A stretch of DNA of 40,256 nucleotides from a virus (IMGVR_UViG_3300024309_000102:1-40256), one strand, 5' to 3'; shown: positions 23,921 through 34,048, numbered from the stretch's first letter. Numbers and translations: made by a program. Notes: generated from the letters alone by a model not told the origin.

Positions 23921-24922
23921 ATGGCATACGGCGATCCAACAAAATATTCCAAGGGTGAAGTGCGTAGGTCTGGGCTCGCACTTGTTCAAGGCGGAGACGC
24001 TCATGACCGAGAGGTCGTTAACAATTGGCGGAACGCCCATTCCTACATCATCAATACTTTCCAGGCTACATTACGCCTCTATATAAAGCGTAATGATGGC
24101 ATGGATGTTGTCATGGCGCAGCGCTTAAAGCGTCTTAAGACAATTGTTGACAAGTTAGCCACGGGCCGAGCCCGGGATTTGTCGACCATGCATGACCTAG
24201 CTGGATGCCGACTGATTTTCAATTCGATTGGGGATCTTCAGGAGTACCGGACCCAATTCCACGGGACGCGCGCCAAACATGAGCGGGTCGATGAGGATCG
24301 TTACGACTACATTGCTCACCCTAAGGCCACTGGGTACCGCGGTATTCATGAGGTATACAAATATGTGGCTTCCTCCGGAGGAGGGGAGAAGTACAACGGC
24401 CTGAAAATAGAGATCCAGTTTCGCACAAGAACTCAGCATGCTTGGGCCACAGCAGTAGAGATCAGCGATTTGCTCGACGGAGCTCGAATAAAGTTTGATC
24501 AAGGAGCAAACCCGAAGCGGGAGCGTCTATTTGTCTTGGCAAGTGAGTACTTGGCTCGTGTCAAAGAGGGGACATATGGGTACTGTCCTGATCTCACGGA
24601 TGCCCAGCTATGCGCCGAAATGCGTGGTCTAGAGAACGAGCTAGGAGTCATTCGCACTCTAGACATGGCTCGAAAAAGCAATACAGTCATTCCGCAGAAG
24701 AAGCATATTGTTCTACATTTCCACATGGACGAGCTTTCGGCAAAGGGGTTCAGCGACGCTAAGCAGGCAATGGAGTTCCGTGATGATGTGGAGAACGTTT
24801 ACCCCGAGGACGATATCGTGTACGTGAGTGCCGCCTCCCCCAGAGCAATCGCTGATGCATTTCGGAACTACTTCAGGGATGCCGTCGATTTCGTCGAGTA
24901 CGTGAAGCCAGCCCTTGGCTGA
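23921..24922 (+). CDS. capRel: RelA/SpoT-domain protein, CapRel-like fused toxSAS
   Basis: YSKGEV, NWRNAH, AQRLKR..TIVDKL, MHDLAGCR, DYIAHPK.TGYRGIH, IEIQFRT..QHAWATAVE; C-terminal DDIVYV..AFRNYF; start may be GTG 23858. Confidence 0.8.
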   Translation: MAYGDPTKYSKGEVRRSGLALVQGGDAHDREVVNNWRNAHSYIINTFQATLRLYIKRNDGMDVVMAQRLKRLKTIVDKLATGRARDLSTMHDLAGCRLIFNSIGDLQEYRTQFHGTRAKHERVDEDRYDYIAHPKATGYRGIHEVYKYVASSGGGEKYNGLKIEIQFRTRTQHAWATAVEISDLLDGARIKFDQGANPKRERLFVLASEYLARVKEGTYGYCPDLTDAQLCAEMRGLENELGVIRTLDMARKSNTVIPQKKHIVLHFHMDELSAKGFSDAKQAMEFRDDVENVYPEDDIVYVSAASPRAIADAFRNYFRDAVDFVEYVKPALG

Positions 24923-25207
24923 GCGATGGGCAGGCCGTTGAATGCGGCAGAGCGCGAGGCCGCGCGTAAGAGGGTAAAGCGCGTGCTCGATGCGCTGATC
25001 GCTACTGGTGCGGTGGCAGTCGCGCAGCCGGCAGAGGTGTCAGGAGCCTCGGCTGAGTACTCCGTGTCCCGCTTCCGGGACATGGGAGAGACAAGAAGCG
25101 GGACAATACGTGCAGGGCTCCTGCGCTCTGCGATAACGTAGAGGTGATTAATCATCGCCCCACGCCGTAAGGGTATGATAATCGAAGACATTCACACAGG
25201 AGGCTCC

Positions 25208-25417
25208 ATGGCGTATCCCAAGAACATTGAAAACCCTGGCATGTATATGGCCTGGGGTGTATTGAAGGATCGAGACGGATGGGATCTGCGCGGTCCTTAC
25301 GACTCCAAAGAAGCAGCAAGCCAAGTGTTTGAATTGTGCGGGGATCCATATGAAGTCGTATACGGATCGTGGCGCGCAGGTACCGACGAGTTCATCCGCA
25401 AGCCGAGCGATAACTAA
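25208..25417 (+). CDS. Small hypothetical moron protein
   Basis: AGGAGG RBS; 69 aa; followed by terminator. Confidence 0.7.
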   Translation: MAYPKNIENPGMYMAWGVLKDRDGWDLRGPYDSKEAASQVFELCGDPYEVVYGSWRAGTDEFIRKPSDN

Positions 25418-25426
25418 GAATCACTA

Positions 25427-25454
25427 GGCCGCCTCTCGGCGGCTTCTTTGTTTC
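25427..25454 (+). terminator. Intrinsic terminator
   Basis: GGCCGCC-TCTC-GGCGGCT followed by T-rich tract. Confidence 0.65.
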
Positions 25455-25680
25455 CAGAGAGCAGGGGCCAGAGAGAACCGTCCGCTGGACCGCATGGGCG
25501 CCGACTGGCAGACGTCATGTTCCGGCCTCTGCTCTGTGGGAACAGCCCCCGCGATCGACCAGCCTGCAGCGCGCCATGCCGTTCCTCACATCTCCCGGGG
25601 CTTGGTCATGGCGGTAGGGGCGCGCAAGTTTTCTATCAGGTGAGGAATGTGGGGAATGAACCGAATGGGGTAGCGGCCCA

Positions 25681-26577
25681 TTAGCTGTTTGGTTGGCTAT
25701 CAACGTCACTTCTTTCGGCTCGGGCAAGGTCAGAATTGAAAGCTCGAATTTCGAACGGAAACGAATTCATGTTCGTGCAGAGCCTTATGAACGCGTCACT
25801 GGATAGAGGAAGGTTGTCAAGTAATGCATACCGCTCCAGGTACAGTGTGAATGCGCGGCCCTGCGGGTAAAAGGCGTTGAAGAACAGAAAGCGAAGTTCT
25901 GGACTAGACAGCCGAGCCCTTACGATTGATACGTAGTCCCATTTTTCACTCTCCGTAAGGCCGGGGTGGCGGTCGACCCAGCGAACCAAAGTGAACAACG
26001 TCCGTATCAGGCGGCCGAGTTGAGGCTCATGCTCTCGGTAAACCAGCAACCACCAGTTGTGTATTTCAACGCGCAGCTCAACTCGTTGGTTTTCTTTGTT
26101 TTCCTCGCTGTTGCGTGAAAACTCGTTCAATCGGTACTCTGCGATCATGCCGTTGACCGCGCCGTCCGTTTCGATCATTTTTCCTAAGGCGTGAACGCCT
26201 GAGAGCCACTTGCCCGAGCGCTCAATTTCGAGCGAAGAAACCGCGTCGCTATAAGCAGCGAGCCAGGTGAAGAACGTCTGCTCGAATCCTTGCCGCGCAA
26301 TTTGAGTTCGTTGCTCCTCCAATTCGTCCTGCTGTGACCGCAGGGTTAAGACTAGGAGGATTATTGTGACGAGCCCGGCTACCGGGTTTACGACTCCACC
26401 TATGAAATCACCAAATTCTCCCCAGGTAGATGTGTTTGTCGAGAATGGCCCGTCGAAGTGATATCGGTAGACGGAGAACGCGGCTACCGCTGCTAAGAAT
26501 GGCAGCGTGATGGTGGCAGCAACCAGCTTAATGGTCCGCTTAGTTCGAGATGCTCTCTTTTGGCGCGATGTGGGCAT
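25681..26577 (-). CDS. Putative phage abortive infection protein (putAbiC-like), two TM helices
   Basis: WGEFGDFIGGVVNP, QQDEL, FEQTFF, YVSIVRARLSSPEL..LFFN, YALLDNL; opposite strand to late genes. Confidence 0.75.
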   Translation of the reverse strand: MPTSRQKRASRTKRTIKLVAATITLPFLAAVAAFSVYRYHFDGPFSTNTSTWGEFGDFIGGVVNPVAGLVTIILLVLTLRSQQDELEEQRTQIARQGFEQTFFTWLAAYSDAVSSLEIERSGKWLSGVHALGKMIETDGAVNGMIAEYRLNEFSRNSEENKENQRVELRVEIHNWWLLVYREHEPQLGRLIRTLFTLVRWVDRHPGLTESEKWDYVSIVRARLSSPELRFLFFNAFYPQGRAFTLYLERYALLDNLPLSSDAFIRLCTNMNSFPFEIRAFNSDLARAERSDVDSQPNS

Positions 26578-26620
26578 TCATATGCTCTGAAATGTGTTGT
26601 TACTTTGGACTATATTGAAA

Positions 26621-27193
26621 ATGGCGTTGACAGACAAACAGCGCCGCTTCGTGGATGAGTACCTCGTTGACCTCAACGCCACGCAAGCGGCGATAAGGGC
26701 GGGGTACAGCCGGAAGACAGCCCGGCAGATAGGGGACGAGAACCTGTCAAAACCTGACATCGCGAAGGCGATCCAGGAGGCACAGGCGGCTCGCTCTAGT
26801 CGCACCGAAATTACCCAGGACATGGTGCTGCGCGAGCTAGCCAAGATCGGCTTCAGCGACATCCGCAAGATTGTCCGCTGGGGGAAGACTGAGCTGCGCG
26901 TAACGGACGCTGACGATGACGAGGGCGAAGTGACCGAGGCCTATCACGGCCTGGCGTTGGTAAGCGCCGACGATATTGACGACGACACTGCCGCGGCAAT
27001 TTCAGAAATCTCGGAGGGCCGGGAGGGGCTGAAGGTGAAGCTCCACGACAAGAAGGGAGCACTGGTCGATATTGGCCGTCACCTAGGCATGTTCAAAGAT
27101 CGAGTCGAGCACTCCGGCCCCAACGGAGGCCCGATCCCGACGACGCCGACCGTTATTGAGTTGGTGGCCCCGAGTGTCGAAAGCAAGGATTGA
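26621..27193 (+). CDS. terS: Terminase small subunit
   Basis: LTDKQRRFVDEYLVDLNATQAAIRAGYS..TA..IG.ENL.KPDI. Confidence 0.95.
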   Translation: MALTDKQRRFVDEYLVDLNATQAAIRAGYSRKTARQIGDENLSKPDIAKAIQEAQAARSSRTEITQDMVLRELAKIGFSDIRKIVRWGKTELRVTDADDDEGEVTEAYHGLALVSADDIDDDTAAAISEISEGREGLKVKLHDKKGALVDIGRHLGMFKDRVEHSGPNGGPIPTTPTVIELVAPSVESKD

Positions 27194-28451
27194 GCTTCCG
27201 CCAAAGCTGATTCCGGTATTCAGCGGCACCGCCCGGTACCGTGGAGCACATGGTGGTCGGGGTTCGGCGAAGACGCGGTCCTTCGCCAAAATGACGGCCA
27301 TCCGCGGCTACATGTTCGCCGAGGCGGGAATCAGCGGCATGCTGCTGGGCGCGCGCGAGTACATGAATTCGCTCGACGAATCGTCGATGGAGGAAATCAA
27401 GGCTGCTATCCGCTCCGAGCCGTGGCTGGATGCCTACTACGACATCGGCGACAAGTACATCCGGACCAAGAACCGGCGCGTGTGGTACGGCTTCGCCGGT
27501 CTGCGCCACAACCTGGACAGCATCAAGTCCAAAGCCCGGATCCTGATCGCCTGGATCGACGAAGGCGAGAACGTCAGCGAAACAGCGTTCATCAAGCTGT
27601 TCCCCACGGTGCGCGAGGAAGGCCCAGGCTGGAATTCCGAAATCTGGGTCACCTGGAACCCTGAGAAGGACGGCAGCCCAATCGACGAGCGGTTCCGGAA
27701 AAATCCCCCGCCCGGCGCCAAGATCGTCGAAATGAACTACGCGGACAACCCCTGGTTTCCACAGGTCCTGGACGAAGAACGCCGCGCCGACCGGGAACGC
27801 ATGGACGACCAGACCTACGCCTGGGTGTGGGACGGTGCCTACCGCGAGAACAGCGAGGCCCAGATCCTGGCCGGCAAGTACCGAGTGACCGAGTTCCAGC
27901 CGGGGCCGGGCTGGGATGGTCCGTACTTCGGCATTGACTGGGGCTTCTCGCAGGATCCGACGGCAGGCGTCAAGTGCTGGATCCACGACGACAGGCTGTG
28001 GATCGAGTACGAGGCGGGCAAGGTCGGCCTCGAAAACGACGATATCGCCCAGTACATGATCGACCGGCTGCCCGGCATCGAACTGCACGCGGTGCGCGCC
28101 GATTCGGCCCGGCCGGAAACGATCAGCCACGTGAAGAGCAAGGGCAAGGAGGGGAGGCGCGCCAACCTGCCCCGCATCGAGGGCGCGGAGAAATGGCAGG
28201 GCAGCGTCGAGGATGGCATCGCCCACCTGCGCTCGTACAAGGAAATCATCCTGCACCCGCGGTGCACGAAGACCCTGCGCGAGGCGCGGCTCTACAGCTA
28301 CAAGGTCGACCGGCAGAGCAACGACGTGCTGACCGACATCATCGACAAGCACAACCACTTCTGGGATGCCACGCGCTACGCGCTGGCCCCGGTCATCAAA
28401 CGCAGCGGCTCGATGGGTCTGCTGCTGCCGAAACGATTGCAGGGCAGGTAA
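27174..28451 (+). CDS. terL: Terminase large subunit (PBSX-type)
   Basis: GGRGSAKT Walker A, WIDEGE Walker B, TWNP, GIDWGFSQDP, NHFWDATRYA. Confidence 0.95.
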   Translation: MSKARIELPPKLIPVFSGTARYRGAHGGRGSAKTRSFAKMTAIRGYMFAEAGISGMLLGAREYMNSLDESSMEEIKAAIRSEPWLDAYYDIGDKYIRTKNRRVWYGFAGLRHNLDSIKSKARILIAWIDEGENVSETAFIKLFPTVREEGPGWNSEIWVTWNPEKDGSPIDERFRKNPPPGAKIVEMNYADNPWFPQVLDEERRADRERMDDQTYAWVWDGAYRENSEAQILAGKYRVTEFQPGPGWDGPYFGIDWGFSQDPTAGVKCWIHDDRLWIEYEAGKVGLENDDIAQYMIDRLPGIELHAVRADSARPETISHVKSKGKEGRRANLPRIEGAEKWQGSVEDGIAHLRSYKEIILHPRCTKTLREARLYSYKVDRQSNDVLTDIIDKHNHFWDATRYALAPVIKRSGSMGLLLPKRLQGR

Positions 28452-28455
28452 CGGA

Positions 28456-28659
28456 ATGGCGATCTTCAAACTGGCGGCGCTGGACGGCACCGTGTCGATG
28501 GTCGTCCGCGCGCGCTGCATTAGCTGTGCCCGGGCCGTTGCGGTCGAACACGCCGGGCCCGAAGGTACGCGGGTCTGGCGCGATTCCAGCCTATCCAGCG
28601 TCGAGCTGGTGCGCGAAACGGATAAGACGGCCCTGATTCTCAGGGCGGAGTGGATATGA
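28456..28659 (+). CDS. Small hypothetical protein
   Basis: 67 aa with CxxC; ATGA overlap with portal. Confidence 0.6.
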   Translation: MAIFKLAALDGTVSMVVRARCISCARAVAVEHAGPEGTRVWRDSSLSSVELVRETDKTALILRAEWI

Positions 28660-30041
28660 CGGACAACCTTCAACTGGCGGTCAACCAAGCACTGGATGAC
28701 CTCCGGATGGCGCGCGCCCGTATGGGGCTGCTCAATCCGGGCGGCCTGGGCCTCGACCAGAAACGCAACATGGCGTGGTGCGAGTACGGGTTTCCGGAAA
28801 GTGTCAGCTACGAAATGCTGTTCAACCTCTACAAGCGGGGCGGCATCGCCCATGGTGCGGTGAATAAGCTGGCCGGGCTGTGCTGGAAGACGTCGCCGGA
28901 AGTCATTCAGGGCGGTGAGGAAGAGCGCTCCGAGGACGAAACGGCCTGGGAGAAGTCGGTCTCGGCGACGCTGACCCCGTCGCTGTGGCGGCAGTTCGCG
29001 GACGCCGACCGCCGCCGGCTGGTGGGCCGCTATGCCGGCATCATTCTGCGCCTGCGCGACGGCCGGGAATGGGATCAGCCCATCCAAGTCCGCGACAAAG
29101 GCCTGGCTGGCATGATCGTGTCATGGGCCGGTGCGCTCACAGTGGCGGAATGGGATACCGACCTCAAGTCGGACGCCTACGGCATGCCCAAGATGTGGCA
29201 GTACGCTGAGACTGGTATTAGCGGCCAGCCAGCACGAAAAGTCCGGATCCACCCCGATCGCGTGTTCATCCTGGGCGACTACGCGAACGATGCCGTGGGC
29301 TTTCTGGAGCCCGCTTACAACGCCTTCGTCAGCCTTGAAAAGGTGGAGGGAGGATCCGGCGAAGCCTTCCTGAAGAATGCCGCGCGCCAGGTGTCGGTCA
29401 ACTTCGACAAAGACGCCAATCTGATGTCCATTGCGGCATCCTACGGGGTCAAGATCGAAGATTTGCAGGAGAGGTTTAACGAGGCCGCCCGCGAGATCAA
29501 TCGCGGCAACGACGCCATGCTGATCACCCAGGGCGCCTCCGTCGCGCCGCTGGTGTCGCAGGTGCCTGATCCTCAGCCCACCTACAACGTGAACCTGCAG
29601 ACCGCCTGCGCGGCCATGGATATCCCGTCGAGGATCCTCATCGGCAACCAGTCGGGCGAGCGCGCCAGTACCGAAGACCAGCGGTATTTCAACGCCCGGT
29701 GCCAGGCGCGCCGAAATACGGAGCTGTCTTTCGAGATCCACGCCTTCGTCGCGCACCTGATCCGTATCGGGGTGCTGAAGGCCCAGACCGAATACTCGGT
29801 GATCTGGGACGACCTGAACGAGGCCACGCCGGCCGACAAGCTGGCCAGCGCCAAGCTGATGAGCGACGTCAACACGGCGGCAATGGGTACCGGCGAGCAG
29901 GTATTCGACACGAACGAGATCCGCACGGCCGCCGGCTTCGAGCCGCGCGACGAGGCCGAGCCGCTCCCTGACGATGATGAGGACGAGGATGGCCCGGGCG
30001 CCAATCCTGCCGACGAACCAGGCCGATCCGACCGGGGTTGA
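28656..30041 (+). CDS. Portal protein (DUF1073-type)
   Basis: 461 aa after terL; EYGFP, IHPDRVFI, IPSRILIG.QSGERASTED. Confidence 0.88.
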   Translation: MTDNLQLAVNQALDDLRMARARMGLLNPGGLGLDQKRNMAWCEYGFPESVSYEMLFNLYKRGGIAHGAVNKLAGLCWKTSPEVIQGGEEERSEDETAWEKSVSATLTPSLWRQFADADRRRLVGRYAGIILRLRDGREWDQPIQVRDKGLAGMIVSWAGALTVAEWDTDLKSDAYGMPKMWQYAETGISGQPARKVRIHPDRVFILGDYANDAVGFLEPAYNAFVSLEKVEGGSGEAFLKNAARQVSVNFDKDANLMSIAASYGVKIEDLQERFNEAAREINRGNDAMLITQGASVAPLVSQVPDPQPTYNVNLQTACAAMDIPSRILIGNQSGERASTEDQRYFNARCQARRNTELSFEIHAFVAHLIRIGVLKAQTEYSVIWDDLNEATPADKLASAKLMSDVNTAAMGTGEQVFDTNEIRTAAGFEPRDEAEPLPDDDEDEDGPGANPADEPGRSDRG

Positions 30042-30909
30042 CCGGCTGGAGCGCGGCGCGATCCGCGAACTGGCGCGCCGGGTGGCGCAGGTCCGCAGGG
30101 CATATGTCGGGGCCATCGACCGGTTCCAGCCCGAGCTGGCGGTCAACAAGCGCTACACCTTCCGGCTGGATCCGGCCGTCCTGGCCAGGGTCTACGACGA
30201 TCTGGACCGGCTGACGGACTCGGTCTTCCTGGAAGGCGGCCAGCAGCAGCTCTGGTTCTTCGACAGCTACGTTGGCGTGGCGTACCTGCGCGGCACCGCC
30301 CAGGAATTTGCCAACCTCGCACAGCAGTCGCCGGCGTACCAGGCCGGCCGCCAGGACCTGGCCAACCTGCTGCGCAGCCGCCCCTACCAGGATCGGATTG
30401 CGCTCATCCGGGCGCGCGAATTCGAGGAGATGAAGGGACTTTCCGGCCAGATGAAGGCCGATATGGGGCGGCTGCTGTCGGACGGCATGGCCCGCGGCTT
30501 GAATCCGCGGGAGATCGCTAGGAACCTGACGGAACAGGCAGGCATCGAGGAGCGGCGGGCGAAGCGCATCGCTCGGACCGAGATCACGACCGCACTGCGC
30601 CGGGCCCGGATGGACGAGGCAGACGACGCCGCCGACACCTACGGCACGCAGGCGAAGCAGATGCACATGTCGGCGCTCAGCCCGACCACGCGGGCCCACC
30701 ACGCCAGACGGCACGCCAAGCTGTTTACGACGGACCAGCAGCGCGCCTGGTGGGCCAAGGATGGGAATTCGATCAACTGCAAATGCAGCACGGTCACCGT
30801 GCTGGTGGACGACCATGGCAAGCCCCTGGTGCCCGGCATCGTGGAGCGGGCTCGCAAGAACTACCAGGTCATGAAATCCAAGGGCAAGGGCGCCTGGACG
30901 GAGAAATGA
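29989..30909 (+). CDS. MuF / SPP1 gp7-like head morphogenesis protein
   Basis: After portal; RAKRIARTE, TR..H..RH, INCKC. Confidence 0.9.
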   Translation: MARAPILPTNQADPTGVDRLERGAIRELARRVAQVRRAYVGAIDRFQPELAVNKRYTFRLDPAVLARVYDDLDRLTDSVFLEGGQQQLWFFDSYVGVAYLRGTAQEFANLAQQSPAYQAGRQDLANLLRSRPYQDRIALIRAREFEEMKGLSGQMKADMGRLLSDGMARGLNPREIARNLTEQAGIEERRAKRIARTEITTALRRARMDEADDAADTYGTQAKQMHMSALSPTTRAHHARRHAKLFTTDQQRAWWAKDGNSINCKCSTVTVLVDDHGKPLVPGIVERARKNYQVMKSKGKGAWTEK

Positions 30910-32273
30910 TGAAGATCAAACGCATACTGCTGGCCCTGGGCCTTGCGCTGCCCGGGTACGGGCACGGGGCCGTCGTGCTGCAGGTGAACTCGGGCGGCGC
31001 GGCCGATCGCATGCACGTCAACGTCACCACGCAGGTGAACGCCAAGGCAATCCGGCGCGAAACCTACAACGGCCGCGAGCACTGGGTGGTGCCCAGCTAC
31101 ACGCTGCCGGCCGACGTGGTGATGAACGGCGGCCTGTATCCGGCCGGTGAGATCGACGCCCACTACCAGAAGCTCGAGGGCACGCTGGCGCCGCTGGGCC
31201 ATCCCCAGGTCGACGGCAAGTTCGTGTCTGCGTTCAGCCCGGAGGGGATCAACGTCGGCCACGTCGGCGCCTGGAACCGCAACGTCAAGAAATCTCGCAA
31301 CCGCATCTATGTCGAAAAGTGGATCGACATCGAGGTCGCGGGGCAGAGCGAGGGCGGCAAACGGCTGCTCGAACGCCTGGAGGCCCTGGAACGGGGCGAC
31401 GACGTGCCGCCGATCCATACAAGCGTGGCGGTGCTGCTGGAACGCATCGCCGCCGTTCACAACGCCGGCAGCTACGACTGGGTCGCCAAGATCCACGGCA
31501 TGGACCACGACGCCATTCTGCTGGACCAGGTTGGCGCGGCCACGCCGGAGCAGGGCGTGGGCTTGATGGTCAACGCTGACCTGGCGGTGCCGCTGGCCGC
31601 GAATGCCGGCGTGCTGGTGGGCGAATCCTTCCGCGAGAAGGAAGCCCGCATCCAGGCGGCCGCCAAGGCGCGCTTTGCGCCGGGCCCGGACGAATACGTC
31701 TGGGTGGCGGATTTCACCGACAGCCAGGTCGTGATCGTCAAGAACGGCGGCGCGGCCGAGGCCTACGGCTACTCGTCCGAGGGCGGAAAGATCGTCTTCG
31801 ACGACACGGGCAGCCCGGTAGTGCGCCAGGAATCCTGGGTCGCCGCTGCATTCAATTCCCTGAAACGAGCTTTCAACCAGCAGGCCCGGCCTGCGCAAAC
31901 CAAGGAGGGCGATATGCCTCTCACCGCTGAAGAAAAGGCCGAGCTGACCACCGACATCAGCAAAGCCATCACCGCAAACATTGGCCAGGTCGTTGCCGAA
32001 GCCATGAAGCCGGTCTCGGCCGCCGTGGAAACGCTGCAGGCGAACCACAAGGCCCTGACCGACACGCTGACGGCCAACGCGCGCGCCGCGGAAGCCGACA
32101 AGCGCAAGGCCGTGGCCGCCAAGCACGGCGAGGTCGTGGCGAACGCGCTGTCCGGCGAGGCGCTGGAAGCCATGTTCAAGTCGCTGGGCGACGCCGCGAC
32201 GCTGGCCGGCAACTCCGGCCAGGGCCAGGACGCCGGCCTGACCGCGGACGTGTCCAACCTGCCGAAGGAGTAA
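30906..32273 (+). CDS. Prohead protease/scaffold protein (DUF2213-like)
   Basis: VVMNGGLYP, APLGHP, DHDAILL..GAATPEQGVG; Ala-rich helical C-terminus; real start may be ATG 31011. Confidence 0.75.
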   Translation: MMKIKRILLALGLALPGYGHGAVVLQVNSGGAADRMHVNVTTQVNAKAIRRETYNGREHWVVPSYTLPADVVMNGGLYPAGEIDAHYQKLEGTLAPLGHPQVDGKFVSAFSPEGINVGHVGAWNRNVKKSRNRIYVEKWIDIEVAGQSEGGKRLLERLEALERGDDVPPIHTSVAVLLERIAAVHNAGSYDWVAKIHGMDHDAILLDQVGAATPEQGVGLMVNADLAVPLAANAGVLVGESFREKEARIQAAAKARFAPGPDEYVWVADFTDSQVVIVKNGGAAEAYGYSSEGGKIVFDDTGSPVVRQESWVAAAFNSLKRAFNQQARPAQTKEGDMPLTAEEKAELTTDISKAITANIGQVVAEAMKPVSAAVETLQANHKALTDTLTANARAAEADKRKAVAAKHGEVVANALSGEALEAMFKSLGDAATLAGNSGQGQDAGLTADVSNLPKE

Positions 32274-32276
32274 GCC

Positions 32277-32732
32277 ATGAGCCGCTACCGCCGCGTCAAT
32301 ATCGACGGCCAGTCGCTGTACAAGACCGAAACCCGCCTCTCCGCGGCCGCGCTGCTGCCCGGCACCTTCGCCGTGATCAACGGCGACGACAAGTTCGCGC
32401 AGGCCGCGGAAACGGTCGGGCGTCTGTACGTCATCGACTGCGCCTACCACCAAGGCCTGGGCATCCGCGACGCCGTTCCCGCCAGCAATTCCGCCGTCGG
32501 CAACTACGTCGAGGAAGGCCGCGAGCTGGCCATTCTGTGCCCGGCCGGCACCTATGCCAAGGACACGCCCATCAAGCTGGGCGCCAATGGCCAGGGCGCC
32601 ATTGCCACGGACGACACCGACACCGTGCTGGGCTATAGCCAGGACGACGCCGTCATCGCCGCCAGCACCACCGACTTCATCCGCGTGCGCTTCCGCGTCG
32701 GCACCGTCGCCGCGGCCGCCGGCGAGCCTTAA
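32277..32732 (+). CDS. Head decoration/cement protein
   Basis: 151 aa between scaffold and capsid genes. Confidence 0.65.
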   Translation: MSRYRRVNIDGQSLYKTETRLSAAALLPGTFAVINGDDKFAQAAETVGRLYVIDCAYHQGLGIRDAVPASNSAVGNYVEEGRELAILCPAGTYAKDTPIKLGANGQGAIATDDTDTVLGYSQDDAVIAASTTDFIRVRFRVGTVAAAAGEP

Positions 32733-32749
32733 TCCGAGGAGAAGGCAAC

Positions 32750-33841
32750 ATGTATCTGACTCAATCCGCAATCGCCGCGCATCCGCGCCTGATGGGCCAC
32801 TATCAGGAGCTGCAGGCCAATCGCAACATTTGGAACCGCCAGAATGACGCCATGCTGGCGGCCAATCGGGCGTCCATGACACCGGAGATGCTGGCCGCCA
32901 ACGCGTTGGCTGGTCTGGGTCGCGACTTTTGGCAGGAAGTAGACCGCCAGGTCATCACCTTCCGCGACCAGGAAACCGGCATGGAGATCGTCAACGACCT
33001 GCTGGGCGTGCAAACCGTTCTGCCCATCGGCAAGACCGTCAAGCTGTACAACGTCTCCGGCGACATCGCCGACGACGTGTCGATCAGCATGGACGGCCAG
33101 CCGCCGTACTCTTTCGATCACACCGAGTACGACTCGGACGGCGACCCGATCCCCGTGTTCACGGCCGGTTATGGCGTGAACTGGCGCCATGCCGCCGGCC
33201 TGTCCACGGTGGGCATCGATTTGGTGCTGGACTCGCAGGCCGTCAAACTGCGCAAGTACAACAAGTTCCTGGTGAGCTACGTGCTCAGCGGCAGCGAAAA
33301 GATCGTGGTGGATGGCAAGCCTGGCCAGGGCATCAAGAACCACCGCAACACGATCAAGCTGAACCTGGGGTCGGGTGCCGGAGGCGCGAACATCGATCTG
33401 ACCAGCGCCAGCCAGGCCGACATTGCGGCATTCTTCACCAGCGGCGCCTTTGGCCAGGCGGCCCGAGACAACTTCGTCGAAGCCTACGACGTGATGTGGG
33501 TGTCGCCGCAGATCTGGGCGAACCTGATGAAGCCGGCCACGGTCACTATCGGCGGCAACACTCTCCTGTCGGGTGGCACGGTACTGAGCGTGATCCAGGG
33601 CTTTGTGCCGGCGCGCTCGATTCGTCAAACCTTCGCGCTGTCCGGCAACGAGTTCATCGCCTACCAACGCCGTCAGGACGTCATCTCGCCCTTGGTCGGC
33701 ATGGCGACCGGTGTTGTGCCGCTGCAGCGTCCGATGCCGCAGTCCAACTACAACTTCCAGATCATGGGAGCGATGGGCCTGCAGGTCAAACGCGATGGTG
33801 AAGGCAAGAGCGGCGTCATCTATGGCGCCAACCTGGCGTAA
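32750..33841 (+). CDS. Major capsid protein
   Basis: 363 aa, strong GAGGAG RBS, position in head module, biased codon use. Confidence 0.85.
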   Translation: MYLTQSAIAAHPRLMGHYQELQANRNIWNRQNDAMLAANRASMTPEMLAANALAGLGRDFWQEVDRQVITFRDQETGMEIVNDLLGVQTVLPIGKTVKLYNVSGDIADDVSISMDGQPPYSFDHTEYDSDGDPIPVFTAGYGVNWRHAAGLSTVGIDLVLDSQAVKLRKYNKFLVSYVLSGSEKIVVDGKPGQGIKNHRNTIKLNLGSGAGGANIDLTSASQADIAAFFTSGAFGQAARDNFVEAYDVMWVSPQIWANLMKPATVTIGGNTLLSGGTVLSVIQGFVPARSIRQTFALSGNEFIAYQRRQDVISPLVGMATGVVPLQRPMPQSNYNFQIMGAMGLQVKRDGEGKSGVIYGANLA

Positions 33842-33850
33842 GGAGCCGGC

Positions 33851-34048
33851 ATGCCTAAGTACGAAGTGATTCGCCCCTGGAACGGCGTCAAGGCGGGCGA
33901 CGTGCTCGAACTGAGCGACGTGCATCCGGCGCTGAAGGCCAACGTGCGCCAGTTGGGCGGCGAGGCGGCCGAGCTTGTCCCCGCAACGCCCGACGCACCG
34001 ACGCCTCGACGTGGGCGCCCTCCGAAAGCTGAAGATCGCGCCGAGTAA
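33851..34048 (+). CDS. Small head-associated protein
   Basis: AGGAG RBS; 65 aa ending RRGRPPK. Confidence 0.75.
   Translation: MPKYEVIRPWNGVKAGDVLELSDVHPALKANVRQLGGEAAELVPATPDAPTPRRGRPPKAEDRAE

Noticed and set aside
24926-25141. 71-aa ORF after the CapRel-like gene as a separate antitoxin
   Set aside because: No clear RBS or recognisable motif; the upstream protein already has a fused C-terminal antitoxin-like region
27153-29087. Long minus-strand ORFs (644 aa here; also 30861-32882, 35572-37254, and plus-strand 8385-9602)
   Set aside because: Antisense shadows of high-GC real genes, with no motifs of their own
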